61,737 nt of DNA, filler included, from a candidate division TA06 bacterium SM23_40 (GCA_001303705.1; 4 parts of 4 records of this genome joined end to end with filler, not necessarily neighbours in it), one strand, 5' to 3'. Positions 1-10,791 are shown, counted from the whole stretch's first letter. The notes: generated from the sequence alone by a model not told the origin. Translations and numbers: made by a program.

Positions 1-22
1 GTCCTCATCGAATGGATGCAGA

Positions 23-51
23 AATCTACCACATTTGAGCCGACCTGTCAA
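23..51 (-). promoter_or_regulatory. Putative sigma70 promoter pointing out of the window
   Basis: Minus strand TTGACA-17 nt-TAGATT, with TG extended -10. Confidence 0.55.
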
Positions 52-337
52 AGTAAAAGGACTAACCTCTTCCCCTCCCCTCGGGGGATCACACGAATTC
101 GATGAACGTGCACGAGATCCTCATAGCTCTCTCGTGCAGCCACCCAATCCGGGCGGTACAGGGACGCAGTACGGTGAACCTAGAGCCATTCTGGCAGCGA
201 GATCGGCACCGGGCCATGCCCTCGCCAGGGAGAGACGCTGCGCGAAGGACCCCGGGGGCTGCCCAGGCCAGAGCGAGCTCCGAGGGGATACACCGGCTCT
301 GCCAGACGGCGACCAGTGCTGAGCCGCGGAAAAGCCC

Positions 338-366
338 TTGACAAGCTTCGATTCCTATGATACAAA
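338..366 (+). promoter_or_regulatory. Putative sigma70 promoter for the 535-1707 gene
   Basis: TTGACA (338-343), 17 nt spacer, TGn-TACAAA (361-366). Confidence 0.6.
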
Positions 367-534
367 ATATCGATACATCAGCAGGTGTCACCGCCAACGA
401 GGATGGAAAGGGGGTGGGGCCGGGAGCTGTCAGCAGCGCCTCCTCTCCCGAGAGGAGTGAGGAGACAAGACGCTTCCTTGAACGATATCGGTGGACAGCA
501 CGGAAATCAATGCACGGCGTTACGGGAGGGTTGA

Positions 535-1707
535 ATGATGAAGTGGATCTGGCGTGCATGTATGGTGGGTGCTCTCGGGAGCTTACTCGTCGTGACAGCA
601 GCGGTGGCGCGGGATATCGACCAAGATGGTAGGGATGAGCTCACTGGTGATCTCGTTCCCGCGACCTCACCCGGTAATCCAATGGCGGACGGGCCCATCC
701 ACTCGATCTACCTGGGCGGCCTGGGGATCACCGGCAACATCAATGCGGCCACGTGGGAGTCCGACGGTATGACCTCCGCACCCAACGGCGCAACCGGGTA
801 CCTGTGGGTGGGCGACACCGGTAACAACATCGTCTACAAGATCGATGCGACCGTCCCGATGATCGTGGCGACCCTCTATCTCGGCGTTAACCTCGACGGC
901 CTCGGGTGGGATGGGCAGTATCTCATCGTCCATGATAGTGGCGGACTGGTCCACCAGGTGGATCCGACCACTGGCGCAGTGGTGGCGTCTGTCCCCAGCG
1001 TCTGCGGGTGGCCGCACGGCATCTCTTGGAAAGCGGACAACTCGCCCTGGTCTGACCAGTGGATGTGGGAACCCGACTTCAGTGGCGGTATGGTGCATCA
1101 GGTGCAGTACTTCACCAATACGATCGGCTTCTCCTTCATGGATGGCGGATCGGTAATCGGCTCGCTTACCGATGGGTGGCGCACCTGGACATCCGACTTC
1201 GGGACCGACAATTACTACCAGTATGACATCGCCACCGGAGCCTTGCTCAACTCACTGTATGTTGGCGCCGTCAACGGTAACCCGCGCGATGGAACATGGG
1301 ACGGGCACCATCTGTGGGACGTCACCTGGTGGAATGGCAACTGGGCCTGGCAGTGGGACCTCTATACCGAGCTGTCGATGTACGAGGTGACTATCTGCCC
1401 GAATCCGAAGTATACTGCGGTCCAGCGAGGCCAGGTACTCACCCTCATGATCGGCATCAAGAACCATACGGCCTCCCCCCAGACTGTGAAGGGGACGCTC
1501 GAGGTGTACGACTGCAATGGAGTCCTCAGGGTAGTTGAGGGCCCGAGGACGATTAACATGGCCCCCGGGATGGTGATCAACTACGCGTGGCACAAGACAT
1601 GCCCGATGGGCGCTCCTTTAGGCATCTACAAGGTGCGCACCATCATCGAGGACATGAATTACAACGAGATACACGAGGACTGGTGCGTGGTCGAAGTGAT
1701 CCCGTGA
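535..1707 (+). CDS. Secreted Trp/Gly-rich protein, probable beta-propeller plus C-terminal Ig-like domain
   Basis: GGGAGG RBS, signal peptide (..AAVA-RD), repeated GLGWDG/GISW/DGTWDG..LW blade-like motifs. Confidence 0.7.
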   Translation: MMKWIWRACMVGALGSLLVVTAAVARDIDQDGRDELTGDLVPATSPGNPMADGPIHSIYLGGLGITGNINAATWESDGMTSAPNGATGYLWVGDTGNNIVYKIDATVPMIVATLYLGVNLDGLGWDGQYLIVHDSGGLVHQVDPTTGAVVASVPSVCGWPHGISWKADNSPWSDQWMWEPDFSGGMVHQVQYFTNTIGFSFMDGGSVIGSLTDGWRTWTSDFGTDNYYQYDIATGALLNSLYVGAVNGNPRDGTWDGHHLWDVTWWNGNWAWQWDLYTELSMYEVTICPNPKYTAVQRGQVLTLMIGIKNHTASPQTVKGTLEVYDCNGVLRVVEGPRTINMAPGMVINYAWHKTCPMGAPLGIYKVRTIIEDMNYNEIHEDWCVVEVIP

Positions 1708-1769
1708 TCTCGCGGTCTCGATCATTGAGGGCGATCACAGAAGATTGATATCAGGTGACGCCTGCTGCG

Positions 1770-1802
1770 AGGACGCCGCCCCCTTTTTCGGGGCGGCGTC
1801 CT
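1770..1802. terminator. Hairpin between convergent genes, likely terminator
   Basis: GGACGCCGCCCC-7 nt loop-GGGGCGGCGTCC perfect 12-bp stem. Confidence 0.75.
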
Positions 1803-1836
1803 TTACGCTTATCCTGCGCACCGAGATAGCGTCTCG

Positions 1837-2958
1837 CTATTCACCCAACACGCGTTCGTAGTATGTTTCATATCGGGGCACGACAAGCTTTGTCTCGAAA
1901 ACTTCCTTCGCCCGCTGCCGAGCCTTCTTCCCCATCTCATCTCTCTTTCCAGTGTCCTCGAGAATCGAAATAGCGTACCCCGCCATTTCCTCAACGGCGC
2001 CGACAGGGGCGAGATATCCCGTCTCTCCATGGGTGACTACTTCGACAAGCCCCCCCTTATCCGTACCGATGACCGGGACCTCGCAGCTCATCGCCTCGAG
2101 AGCAGAGAGACCGAAGCTCTCCTGATCGCTGGGCAGTACATAGACATCCGCGAAGCAAAGAAGATCTTCAATCGAATCCTGCATGCCGAGAAAGCGAACC
2201 CGATCCCCGATCCCGAGCTCCCGGGCCTTCCGCTCCGCGGGCACCCGCTCCGGTCCGTCACCAACCATGACAAGACGTGCTGGCAGGCGCTCCACGACGC
2301 GCGCAAACATGCCGACGACGTCGAGGATCCGTTTAACTGGCCTGAAGTTCGAGATGTGCATCACCACCCGCTCGTCCGGAGAGGCAAACATCTCGCGCTC
2401 ACATCTCCTGGCCTGGCGCGAGAATTGCACAGTATCGACGAAGTTGGGAATGACCTCAATGTCACGCTCGACGTGAAACTGCGTAATCGTCTCACGTCTC
2501 AAATAGTCAGAGACGGCCGTCACCCCGTCGCTCTTCTCGATGCTGAATCTCGTAATCTCGTGGAAAGAAGGGTCGTTGCCCACGAGCGTGATGTCAGTAC
2601 CGTGGAGAGTCGTGACCACCTTTATCCCGCGCGGTTCGATCATCTTTCTCGCCAGGTACGCGCACGCTGCATGAGGGATGGCGTAGTGGACATGCAACAG
2701 ATCGAGGTCAGAGAGCTGCGTCACCTCGGCCATCTTGGCTGCCAGGGCGAGCGAGTAGGGTGGGTACCGGAAGAGGGGATAGCTCATCACCTCGACTTCA
2801 TGGAAGAAGATCCCCTCCTCGAAACGCCCGAATCGCTGGGGTGAGGCGTAAGCGATGAAGTGTACGAGATGGCCGCGCCTGGCGAGCTCCTTTCCCAGCT
2901 CAGAGGCCACCACCCCGCTCCCTCCATAGGTTGGGTAACAGGTCATCCCGATCCGCAT
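1837..2958 (-). CDS. bshA: N-acetyl-alpha-D-glucosaminyl L-malate synthase (bacillithiol biosynthesis)
   Basis: [54 protein letters not shown]; close to bshC. Confidence 0.93.
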   Translation of the reverse strand: MRIGMTCYPTYGGSGVVASELGKELARRGHLVHFIAYASPQRFGRFEEGIFFHEVEVMSYPLFRYPPYSLALAAKMAEVTQLSDLDLLHVHYAIPHAACAYLARKMIEPRGIKVVTTLHGTDITLVGNDPSFHEITRFSIEKSDGVTAVSDYLRRETITQFHVERDIEVIPNFVDTVQFSRQARRCEREMFASPDERVVMHISNFRPVKRILDVVGMFARVVERLPARLVMVGDGPERVPAERKARELGIGDRVRFLGMQDSIEDLLCFADVYVLPSDQESFGLSALEAMSCEVPVIGTDKGGLVEVVTHGETGYLAPVGAVEEMAGYAISILEDTGKRDEMGKKARQRAKEVFETKLVVPRYETYYERVLGE

Positions 2959-2986
2959 GCGAAGCCTTTCTGATCAAACCCTCAGT

Positions 2987-3022
2987 GATATTCGGACACA
3001 CAACGATATTCGGACACACAAC
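2987..3022 (+). repeat. Perfect tandem 18-nt duplication
   Basis: GATATTCGGACACACAAC x2. Confidence 0.9.
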
Positions 3023-3178
3023 CGAGCGCCACGCCCAGGCCCCCGGAGACGCCGCAGCCCACGTACCTTCCCGGCGCCTACTCTTCTTGACCGCAGGGCG
3101 TGCCGCGGAGCAAGGGCTGTCGAGACTACCCCATCACCTCAAGATCAGGCATCCATACCCGGCGCAGCACCTCCTTTC

Positions 3179-4816
3179 CTACCCGAGGTACACGACGTGG
3201 TGCACGAATTCGTCGACATCGACGGCTTCCATGAGCTGGGGCAGCAGGGAGGGACCGTAGCGAATGAGATACGGAAAGACATTCAGGACTCGCTCCTGCA
3301 ACTGCCCCTCGGGAAAGAGGTGAACACTCGCTTTGTCGAGCTGTTGGATGAGTACCTCATTCGTCTTCTTGTGAGCACGCACGACTTTTTCTTCGAACTG
3401 AGAGAGCTGATGGCCCATTTTCGACCTGATCTGCTCGGCCGGCTTCGTGAGATTCGGGTCAATCGCCGACGCCTCCTGTTCGAGCTCCCCAAATGCAAGA
3501 TCGATCGCCTCCCTTGCGTTGGCAAAAGCAGCAGTCACGGACTCCGGGAGGGTATCTCGTGCATGAGCCATGGTCACCTCTCCCACGCCTCGCTTCAGTT
3601 GCTCGAACGAAAGACTGTACTTGTCCAGAACCTTCGCAACCTTTGCTTCCATGAGGGTAAGACTCAGACGGGGATAGATGATGGGAGGAGTCAGACCGAA
3701 ATGCTGATAAACACCGGGCAACTGACCGAAGTAGTCGATCTCACCGGGCCCACCCACATAGGCTGCCGTCGGAAAGACGCAATCCTGCAACACCGGGCGC
3801 AGGGCGACGTTTCCGCTGAACCGCTGCGGCTCCCGCTCGAGCAGATCGAGCAGATCATCGGCCGAGTAGTTCCTCTTCGACTCTCCGACATGATAGCCAC
3901 TATCCGCATACCGGAGTCGGCAGCGCCGACCATCTTCGTATATGAAGATATTTGTCACGCCAGGCACGGTTGCGATTGGAGAGCGGTACCCTGATGCTTC
4001 CAGGCGTTCTGCACCCTTCCTCAGCTCGTCTGCGCTGGCCAGTGGCTGTACAAGTTCTTTCTGGAAAATGGGCTTCATGAGAGCACGGAGCGCCGGCTCC
4101 CCTGGCTCCACAATGACCAGACCCCATTTGCCAAAAAGCCGGGCCATGATGCGTGAAAACCACTCGCCGAACGATCCAGAGGATGCGAGCGTATCGGTCA
4201 ACAGCCCGATCAACGCACCCTTGAATTCTGTGTCAGGGGTGCCAGCGCACAGCTTGTCGACAAGGTCTGTTGCCGCTCCCTCCAGCGGTATGTAAGAGGA
4301 CGAGTGGGCATCGATATCCCCTTCGGGGCGATACTCGATCCTTCGCAGCGAACCCTCACGATCCACAAGATGGAAGTGGTTCACCTCCGCGAAGTCGTGG
4401 TCTTCGCTTGCATTCCAGAAGACCGGCACGAAGGGAATGCCGTGCACCTCGGCGAGAGACCTGCAGAGAGATATGACGGTGAGAGCCTTGTAGATAGTGT
4501 ACAGGGGACCGGTAAGCGCGCCCGACTGCTGTCCGGTTATGACTGCCATCGAACGGGAATCGCCGAGCAACGCAATGCTGCGGAGAGTTTCGGGAGAAGA
4601 TCCGATACGACGGTTGTACTCCTCGAGTGCGGCTGCGAGCGCCGAGCGATCGCCGTGGCACTCCTGCTCGCGCTCGATCGCCCGACGCCAACTCTCGCTC
4701 TCCCGGGGATCGTCGGGGAGAAAGTCCCGAACCCTGTCAGGATGAGCAATGTAGTCGGCGAAGAGACCGTGTCCCCGCAGACGGGCAAGATCTATCTTGT
4801 CGACACGAAGTGACAC
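3179..4816 (-). CDS. bshC: Bacillithiol biosynthesis cysteine-adding enzyme
   Basis: VITGQQ..LTGPLYTIYKA, VFWNASEDHDFAE, FSGNVALRP, YVGGPGEIDY, LQERVLN. Confidence 0.92.
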   Translation of the reverse strand: MSLRVDKIDLARLRGHGLFADYIAHPDRVRDFLPDDPRESESWRRAIEREQECHGDRSALAAALEEYNRRIGSSPETLRSIALLGDSRSMAVITGQQSGALTGPLYTIYKALTVISLCRSLAEVHGIPFVPVFWNASEDHDFAEVNHFHLVDREGSLRRIEYRPEGDIDAHSSSYIPLEGAATDLVDKLCAGTPDTEFKGALIGLLTDTLASSGSFGEWFSRIMARLFGKWGLVIVEPGEPALRALMKPIFQKELVQPLASADELRKGAERLEASGYRSPIATVPGVTNIFIYEDGRRCRLRYADSGYHVGESKRNYSADDLLDLLEREPQRFSGNVALRPVLQDCVFPTAAYVGGPGEIDYFGQLPGVYQHFGLTPPIIYPRLSLTLMEAKVAKVLDKYSLSFEQLKRGVGEVTMAHARDTLPESVTAAFANAREAIDLAFGELEQEASAIDPNLTKPAEQIRSKMGHQLSQFEEKVVRAHKKTNEVLIQQLDKASVHLFPEGQLQERVLNVFPYLIRYGPSLLPQLMEAVDVDEFVHHVVYLG

Positions 4817-5266
4817 GATATCGTTCCTCTCATGGACATCCTTCCCACGGAGCGGACACCAGATCGATCCTATGAGCCTCCAGTCCGGAGAAGGAACTAT
4901 CTCCGCTTCGCCTCGGCGAGCGGAGAATTATCCCCTGACACGCTTTCCCCTCTGTGCTGAGCGTGGACAGCCACAGGAAACTCGAAGTCGTTCTCGACAC
5001 GGCAGCACCTGCTCGCGCCAACTCTATCGCAGCCATAAAAGGCCGGTCAAGACCTTTCTTGGGCCAGGACCGGGACGCTGACGCTCCGTCGGAGGTGGCG
5101 GCGGGCTCTGATCGGAGTAATCGGCCCGGGGGAAGTGACCTCTGGCGAGCCTCGTGCAAGGGGAGCGGTGGAGAGCCCGGTGGACGGCAACAAAGGAGAG
5201 CATGATGCCAGGCGCGGTGGAGAGCCTGTTGCTGAGCAGCTTTAGTGGGGCACCCGCGCGGGGAGC

Positions 5267-5944
5267 CTACGTCTCCCTTCCCGACTCGATCTGCGAGGCA
5301 AGCCAATCGGTCCACCGATCGACTCCCTCGCCGGTGCGGCAGGAAGTTTGGAATATCTGGAGTTGAGCGTTGACCGTAAGCGCTGATTGCCTCGCCTGCT
5401 CGATGTCGAAATCGATACCCTCGACGAGATCAGTCTTGTTGATCACAAGGACGTCTGACTCGCGGAAGGCGAGTGGATACTTCGTGAGTTTGTCGTCACC
5501 CTCAGGCGTGCTCAGTATGGTTACGCGGATATCCTCTCCTAGCCGGTAGTTCGCCGGACAGACGAGGTTGCCGACATTTTCGATAAACAGCACTCTTATG
5601 TCATCGAGGGATAATGAAGAAAGGGCAGCCTTCACCATCCGTGCATCGAGGTGACATGCCCCCCCTGTATTGATCTGAACAGAGGGCACGCCGACCTCAG
5701 CGATACGGCGAGCATCAACGTCGCCCGTGATGTCGCCCTCCACCACGGCGCAGGGATATCGCGGAGTGAGCTGCTCGAGCGTGCGTACGAGAAGACTCGT
5801 CTTCCCCGCTCCCGGCGAGGACATCAGGTCGACGACAAAAATCCCGTGCTTGTCGAACGTCTCCCGGTTCTCTCTCGCCAGCATCTCATTGGCGGCGAGA
5901 ATGTCCCGTACTACCTTGATCTCCACGGCTTCGCCTCCGGACAA
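5267..5944 (-). CDS. hypB: Hydrogenase nickel incorporation GTPase
   Basis: SSPGAGKT, TGGACHLDA, ENVGNLVCPA, EGDDK, NKTD. Confidence 0.95.
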   Translation of the reverse strand: MSGGEAVEIKVVRDILAANEMLARENRETFDKHGIFVVDLMSSPGAGKTSLLVRTLEQLTPRYPCAVVEGDITGDVDARRIAEVGVPSVQINTGGACHLDARMVKAALSSLSLDDIRVLFIENVGNLVCPANYRLGEDIRVTILSTPEGDDKLTKYPLAFRESDVLVINKTDLVEGIDFDIEQARQSALTVNAQLQIFQTSCRTGEGVDRWTDWLASQIESGRET

Positions 5945-5979
5945 ATATGCATCACTCCCCGTCGCTCGCGTCTTCTCTC

Positions 5980-6321
5980 CTATTCCACGTCAAGGGAGAC
6001 TATCGCCAACTCGCGCCCCGTGAGTATCTCAACATCACCAGATTCACACACGCGACAGATGAACTCCCATGCCTCCACCCCCGATTCCGCTCCACAGCTC
6101 CTACACCGGATCGTGAGCGGGATCTCCGTTATCTTCAGCGTGGCGCCCTCGGCGGCCGTACCCTTGCTGGAGATCTCAAACCCAAACTCGAGCGGCTCAC
6201 GCTGAACGCCGCTCATCCGTCCGAGCTGCAGGTTGATCCCAACGACCCTCGAGGCCCCGTGGGCCTGAGCTTCCTCTACGGCCGTTTCCACAATCGATTG
6301 GGCAACCGACAGCTCATGCAC
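5980..6321 (-). CDS. hypA: Hydrogenase maturation nickel metallochaperone
   Basis: GTG start giving MHELSVA; CxxC..CxxC; GREL C-terminus (start moved from 6465). Confidence 0.92.
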   Translation of the reverse strand: MHELSVAQSIVETAVEEAQAHGASRVVGINLQLGRMSGVQREPLEFGFEISSKGTAAEGATLKITEIPLTIRCRSCGAESGVEAWEFICRVCESGDVEILTGRELAIVSLDVE

Positions 6322-6382
6322 GATGAGTACTCCTGGAAGAGAGCCTTCCGGACCGGCGTCCTGTGTGCTCTGGAGAAGCGTC

Positions 6383-7255
6383 TTAGGCGGGGACCCGCTC
6401 TCGCAGTAGCGGCTCTGGATTGACGATATGCTTGCCCAGCGCCAATTCTTTGTGGGACAGCCCAAACGCCAGCCCCATCAACTGGGTAAAGTAGAAGGTG
6501 GGCATGTTGCCGTAGTCAACGCCGTACTTCTCTTCGATCTCGGTGAGACGGGTATCCAGATTCGCATGACAGAGTGGACAGGCGACGGCAATGGCGTCAG
6601 CACCGACCGCCTTCGCCTCGTTGAAGATATCGTTGACCAGCTTTAGCACAATATCTGTCTCAGTGAGCGAGAAGACGCCTCCACAGCATTCAGTCTTGTA
6701 CGACCAATCGACTGTTGGAATGCCGACACTCTGGAGCACTCTATCCATAGTGACCGGGTATTCACAGACATCGAACTGAGCGGCCTTCGGGGGCCTGGTG
6801 AGAAGACAGCCATAGTAGCACGCCACTTTCAGATCCGACAAATCTCGCTTGACATGGCTTCGTAACGTCCCACTATCCACCCGGTCAAACATCTCCAGGG
6901 GATGTATCACGTGGATCTGCCCCTGGAACGAAGATCCGACAACCTCATCAACATCTTTCCTCAGTTCTTCATCCTCCCCGATCTCATATAGAGCAATCTT
7001 GAAGCGGGAGAAACAGGCCGCACACGGAACTACCATCTCCTCCAGCTTGGTGCGTTCAGCAAGCACCAGATTCTTCATCGGCATCGCAAGCGAGAGTAAC
7101 CGAGAGGTCGAATGAGCGGGCGACGTGCCACAGCATAGCCATCCCGGAACCTCTTCGAGCTCAATCCCGAGGCTTTGACAGACGGCCTTGAACGATTCGT
7201 CGAACTCGGTGCCTGTCGAGTGGAGGGAGCATCCTGGGTAGTACGCGTATTTCAT
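6383..7255 (-). CDS. hdrB: Heterodisulfide reductase subunit B
   Basis: Two intact CCG domains: YYPGC..WLCCG..PCAAC and YYGC..ECCG..ACPLC. Confidence 0.93.
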   Translation of the reverse strand: MKYAYYPGCSLHSTGTEFDESFKAVCQSLGIELEEVPGWLCCGTSPAHSTSRLLSLAMPMKNLVLAERTKLEEMVVPCAACFSRFKIALYEIGEDEELRKDVDEVVGSSFQGQIHVIHPLEMFDRVDSGTLRSHVKRDLSDLKVACYYGCLLTRPPKAAQFDVCEYPVTMDRVLQSVGIPTVDWSYKTECCGGVFSLTETDIVLKLVNDIFNEAKAVGADAIAVACPLCHANLDTRLTEIEEKYGVDYGNMPTFYFTQLMGLAFGLSHKELALGKHIVNPEPLLRERVPA

Positions 7256-7830
7256 CTCGTGACCCTCTTTTCCTTCTTCTTGACCCGGGAAAATAGCCGC
7301 CAGGTGGCGATGGTTCTGCCAAGGCTGAGGCTGGGGAGCATCTTCAGTTTTCCTTTTCGCATCATCTTCATGCCCAAGCCCATGTCCTTGAAGAAATCCC
7401 TGGTGAGCATCTTCAGCATCATCATCATCCCGACCTCGTACATCCGCCCGAACAGCCTGATAGTGGTGAGTCCGCTCCTATAGAACGAGGCAACCCCTGG
7501 CACAGGCGGCTGTATCCCACGTCGGCGGGCGATGATCTTCGCAGCATCCATCACTTTCGCGATGTCGACATCCTGCGGACATCGGGTCGTACAGGTCTCG
7601 CATGCTGCACACATCCACATCGTCTTGCTATGAAGGATGAGATCGTCAAGTCCGAGCCGGACGGCGTGGATGAGCTGCGCGGGAGTGTAATCCATCGCGT
7701 AGCTTGTCGGGCAGCCAGCAGTGCATTTGTTGCACTGGAAGCACAAGTTGACGTCGACGCCGCTTTCGAGCTTGAATGCTCTGGCCAGCTCGGAGGTCGG
7801 TGTGACGAGACCTATCGTTGATTCGTTCAT
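7252..7830 (-). CDS. hdrC: Heterodisulfide reductase subunit C
   Basis: CFQCNKCTAGCP and WMCAACETCTTRCP; overlaps hdrB start. Confidence 0.92.
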   Translation of the reverse strand: MNESTIGLVTPTSELARAFKLESGVDVNLCFQCNKCTAGCPTSYAMDYTPAQLIHAVRLGLDDLILHSKTMWMCAACETCTTRCPQDVDIAKVMDAAKIIARRRGIQPPVPGVASFYRSGLTTIRLFGRMYEVGMMMMLKMLTRDFFKDMGLGMKMMRKGKLKMLPSLSLGRTIATWRLFSRVKKKEKRVTR

Positions 7831-8330
7831 TTCGATCCGCCCCCTAGATATCTCTCGTAGATCAGCTTTCCTGCATTACGCACAGCCTCCTGGACCGGTG
7901 GAGAGAGCCCGGGCTCGACCGCATCGGGAATAGTCAGCGGCTGGCAGGCCAGCACGACGACATCGATGTGGCAGAAGTCGTGCAGCTCCTTGAGGAGATT
8001 CGTCGTCGGAATCTGGTGAATCGAGAAATCACTCAGGTTCCGCTCGGGAAAGTCCTCGAGGCTCACCGGGAAGACCTCCCCGGGCTTTCGACCGCAATCC
8101 ACCGTATCGACGACGACGATCCGGCCGGGCCTCTCGTCGGCGAGGGCGATGTCGAATAACACCTCCCTCACGCTACTTCCCACACTCAGAACGCAGACGT
8201 CGTCAGGAATCTCGTAGCTGTCGCTGATGGTCTCCGCCACGGCCGGACCGAAGCCGTCGTCGCCGAACAGTACATTCCCGCAGCCGAGAATGACCGTGGA
8301 CTTGCCACGCCATTCCATCGACCCGTACAT
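7827..8330 (-). CDS. Hydrogenase maturation protease (HycI/HyaD/FrhD family)
   Basis: ILGCGNVLFGDDGFGP, VVVDT, SIHQ; follows the large subunit; start inferred at ATG 8330. Confidence 0.9.
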   Translation of the reverse strand: MYGSMEWRGKSTVILGCGNVLFGDDGFGPAVAETISDSYEIPDDVCVLSVGSSVREVLFDIALADERPGRIVVVDTVDCGRKPGEVFPVSLEDFPERNLSDFSIHQIPTTNLLKELHDFCHIDVVVLACQPLTIPDAVEPGLSPPVQEAVRNAGKLIYERYLGGGSK

Positions 8331-8365
8331 TTCAACCCTCACAACGCGTGAGCTTCCGGCCGCAA

Positions 8366-9808
8366 TCAGCTCGAAAGAGTGTCGATCACCTCGCCCGCGG
8401 CATTTCGGATCTCGATCTTGACAGGAATCGTCCCGTCGAGCTTGTGCGTCGCGCAGGAAAGACACGGATCATAGGCACGGATCGCCATCTCAACACGGTT
8501 CAGGATCCCCTGATCGTACTTGCCGTCTTTGATCAGGGAGGTAGCTGCCTGCTTCACCGACATGTTGATGGGTCCGTTGTTGTGAGTCGTGCCGACGATC
8601 AGGTTACAGTCGGTGATCATACCGTTCTCGTCGGTCTCATAGTCATGGATCAGTGTCCCCCGCGGCGCCTCGGTGCAGCCTACCCCTCGAGCGGCGCGAG
8701 GCTTGACCGGTACCCTGGTCTCCCTGCTGGTGATCTCCGGATCGTTGAGGAGCTGCACAACGAGCTCAGCATTGTACAGGAGCTCAATGAGGCGCGCCCA
8801 GTTGTACAAGAGAGTCTGCTGAGCCGGCCGGCCGAAGTTCTCGCGGAACTCCGCCAGCTCCTGATTCGCGAGCGGTGTGTCGATCTTGTCACAGACATTG
8901 ATACGCGCCAGCGTATTCGTCCGATAGATCCCGACAGGATTGTCGAGATCCATCGAGAAGTTCCCCCATTTCTTGGCGTACGGAAACTTCAGGTAGGTCC
9001 ACGGCTCGATGTGCTCGGCGATGTAGTCCGTATAGTCCTTGTACTCAAACTCCTCGTAGGAACCATCCGGCTTCATCAGTCGCGCCTTCCCATCGTATAG
9101 ATTGAGCCCACCCTCGTCGGTGACGGTGCCCAGGAAGCCGGTAGTGATGACGCCGATTGTCTTCACCGCATCGAGATACTTCGGGAAGAGGCTCTCTTTG
9201 GCAAAGGAGATCGCGAACTTGGCAAACTCGAGCATCTCCTCCGCCATCGGCAAGATCTCATCCCGCTCTTTCTGTGTGAGCGGCTTGCTGAACCCCCCCG
9301 GCACCGCGGTGACAGGATGGATCGACTTGCCAGAGACGACGTGGAGCAGGTGCGCCCCGAGCCAACGCGATCTGACAACCTTCTTCCCGATCTCCGGGTT
9401 CGTCTGAGCGATGCCGATGACGTTTCTCACCGAATAGTCGGCATCAGGACCCATGACGAAGTCCGGACCTGCCAGAAAGAAGAAGTGGAGGATGTGCTCT
9501 TCACAGAATGCTATCGCGTTGCAGAGTTCACGCAGCTTGCGGCCGGCAGGAGGAGGCTCCACCCCGAAGACCACGTCGCACGCCTTGGCCGATGCCAGGT
9601 GATGCGACCAGGGACAGACGCCGCAGATGCTCGTCGTGATGCGGGGCAACTCCTCGACAGGGCGGCCGATACAGAACTTCTCGAACCCCCGGAGCTCCAC
9701 AATCTGGCACATTGCATCAGCCACATTCCCGGCGTCATCGAGCTCAATCGTGACCTTTGCGTGACCCTCCAATCTGGTGACCGGTGCGATCGTTATCGTC
9801 TTGCCCAT
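8366..9808 (-). CDS. mvhA: [NiFe]-hydrogenase large subunit, MvhA type (group 3c)
   Basis: PVTRLEGH, ICGVC (L1), EAPRGTLIH, RAYDPCLSCATH (L2) with cleavable C-terminal tail. Confidence 0.93.
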   Translation of the reverse strand: MGKTITIAPVTRLEGHAKVTIELDDAGNVADAMCQIVELRGFEKFCIGRPVEELPRITTSICGVCPWSHHLASAKACDVVFGVEPPPAGRKLRELCNAIAFCEEHILHFFFLAGPDFVMGPDADYSVRNVIGIAQTNPEIGKKVVRSRWLGAHLLHVVSGKSIHPVTAVPGGFSKPLTQKERDEILPMAEEMLEFAKFAISFAKESLFPKYLDAVKTIGVITTGFLGTVTDEGGLNLYDGKARLMKPDGSYEEFEYKDYTDYIAEHIEPWTYLKFPYAKKWGNFSMDLDNPVGIYRTNTLARINVCDKIDTPLANQELAEFRENFGRPAQQTLLYNWARLIELLYNAELVVQLLNDPEITSRETRVPVKPRAARGVGCTEAPRGTLIHDYETDENGMITDCNLIVGTTHNNGPINMSVKQAATSLIKDGKYDQGILNRVEMAIRAYDPCLSCATHKLDGTIPVKIEIRNAAGEVIDTLSS

Positions 9809-9820
9809 CTTCTTCTCTCC

Positions 9821-10768
9821 TTATCGCTTCGGGAGCGGCCGCAGCCGCTTCTGTGCGCCGATGTACCTGTTCAGCAGCGCCCTTCTATCCTCCACCTGCT
9901 TGGGATCGAGGCCGATGGACGAAATGGCACCGAGCATATCGACCATCGGATTGGCGCCCTTCCGGATGGGGCCGAAACAACCCCGGCACGGCATGTACCC
10001 CTTGACACACCGAGGCACGATCTCCTCGCCCTCTCCCACCATTGACTGGCCGCAGCCGGCTCGCGTCACCGGACCGAGACAGAGGTACCCCTGCTCCATG
10101 AAGCAGCGTGTGTTCTCCCAGGGCCCGTCCTGGTCGAACTGCATATCCTCGAGCAGCCTCTTGATCTGGCCGCCTGCTGCCTTCTTTTCGCGCTTCGTCG
10201 GACACTCATCACAGACACTCCGCTCCGGCAGGTCAAACGGTTTCCCCTCCAGGATCGCGGTGAGCGCGTTGACAATAAGGACCGGTGCCGTCGGGCAACC
10301 CGGAATGTACGCATCGACGTTCACGACCTCATCGATGGCATAGACCCGATCAAGCAATGGCGGTATATTCTCGCTGGGCGTGTCCGCCGCATCGGTCGTC
10401 TTCGACTCCCGATAGACCTTGTCGTATAGCTCTTCGAGCGTCCACATGTTCGCCAGCGCCGGTATGCCGCCGAAGCAGGCACATGACCCGAGGGCAACGA
10501 GGGTCTTACACTTTTTCCTCATCTCTTCGGTCACGTGCTTCTCTTTCTCATTTCTCACACCGCCCGAGATGATTCCCACATCGGCCTCGGGGATCTCCAG
10601 CTCCGTCTTCTCCCCGGTCTGGCCATAATACTTGTGGTCCATGAGCACGGGCATGTGGACGAATTCCAGTTGCGGTAGAAGATCTAGCAACGGTTCCCCT
10701 ATGTCCAGAATCGTCACCTCACATCCGCCGCAGATGTTCAACCACTCTTCTGCCACTTTTGCTGGCAT
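9821..10768 (-). CDS. mvhG: [NiFe]-hydrogenase small subunit, MvhG type
   Basis: CGGC, ALGSCACFGGIP, IPGCP, SVCDECP, CLGPVTRAGC, PCRGCFGP. Confidence 0.92.
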   Translation of the reverse strand: MPAKVAEEWLNICGGCEVTILDIGEPLLDLLPQLEFVHMPVLMDHKYYGQTGEKTELEIPEADVGIISGGVRNEKEKHVTEEMRKKCKTLVALGSCACFGGIPALANMWTLEELYDKVYRESKTTDAADTPSENIPPLLDRVYAIDEVVNVDAYIPGCPTAPVLIVNALTAILEGKPFDLPERSVCDECPTKREKKAAGGQIKRLLEDMQFDQDGPWENTRCFMEQGYLCLGPVTRAGCGQSMVGEGEEIVPRCVKGYMPCRGCFGPIRKGANPMVDMLGAISSIGLDPKQVEDRRALLNRYIGAQKRLRPLPKR

Positions 10769-10791
10769 CTCTCTACCCTCCGCTAACGGTG

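Noticed and set aside
8366-8480. Possible [NiFeSe] hydrogenase
   Set aside because: The L2 motif is DPCLSC with ordinary Cys codons.
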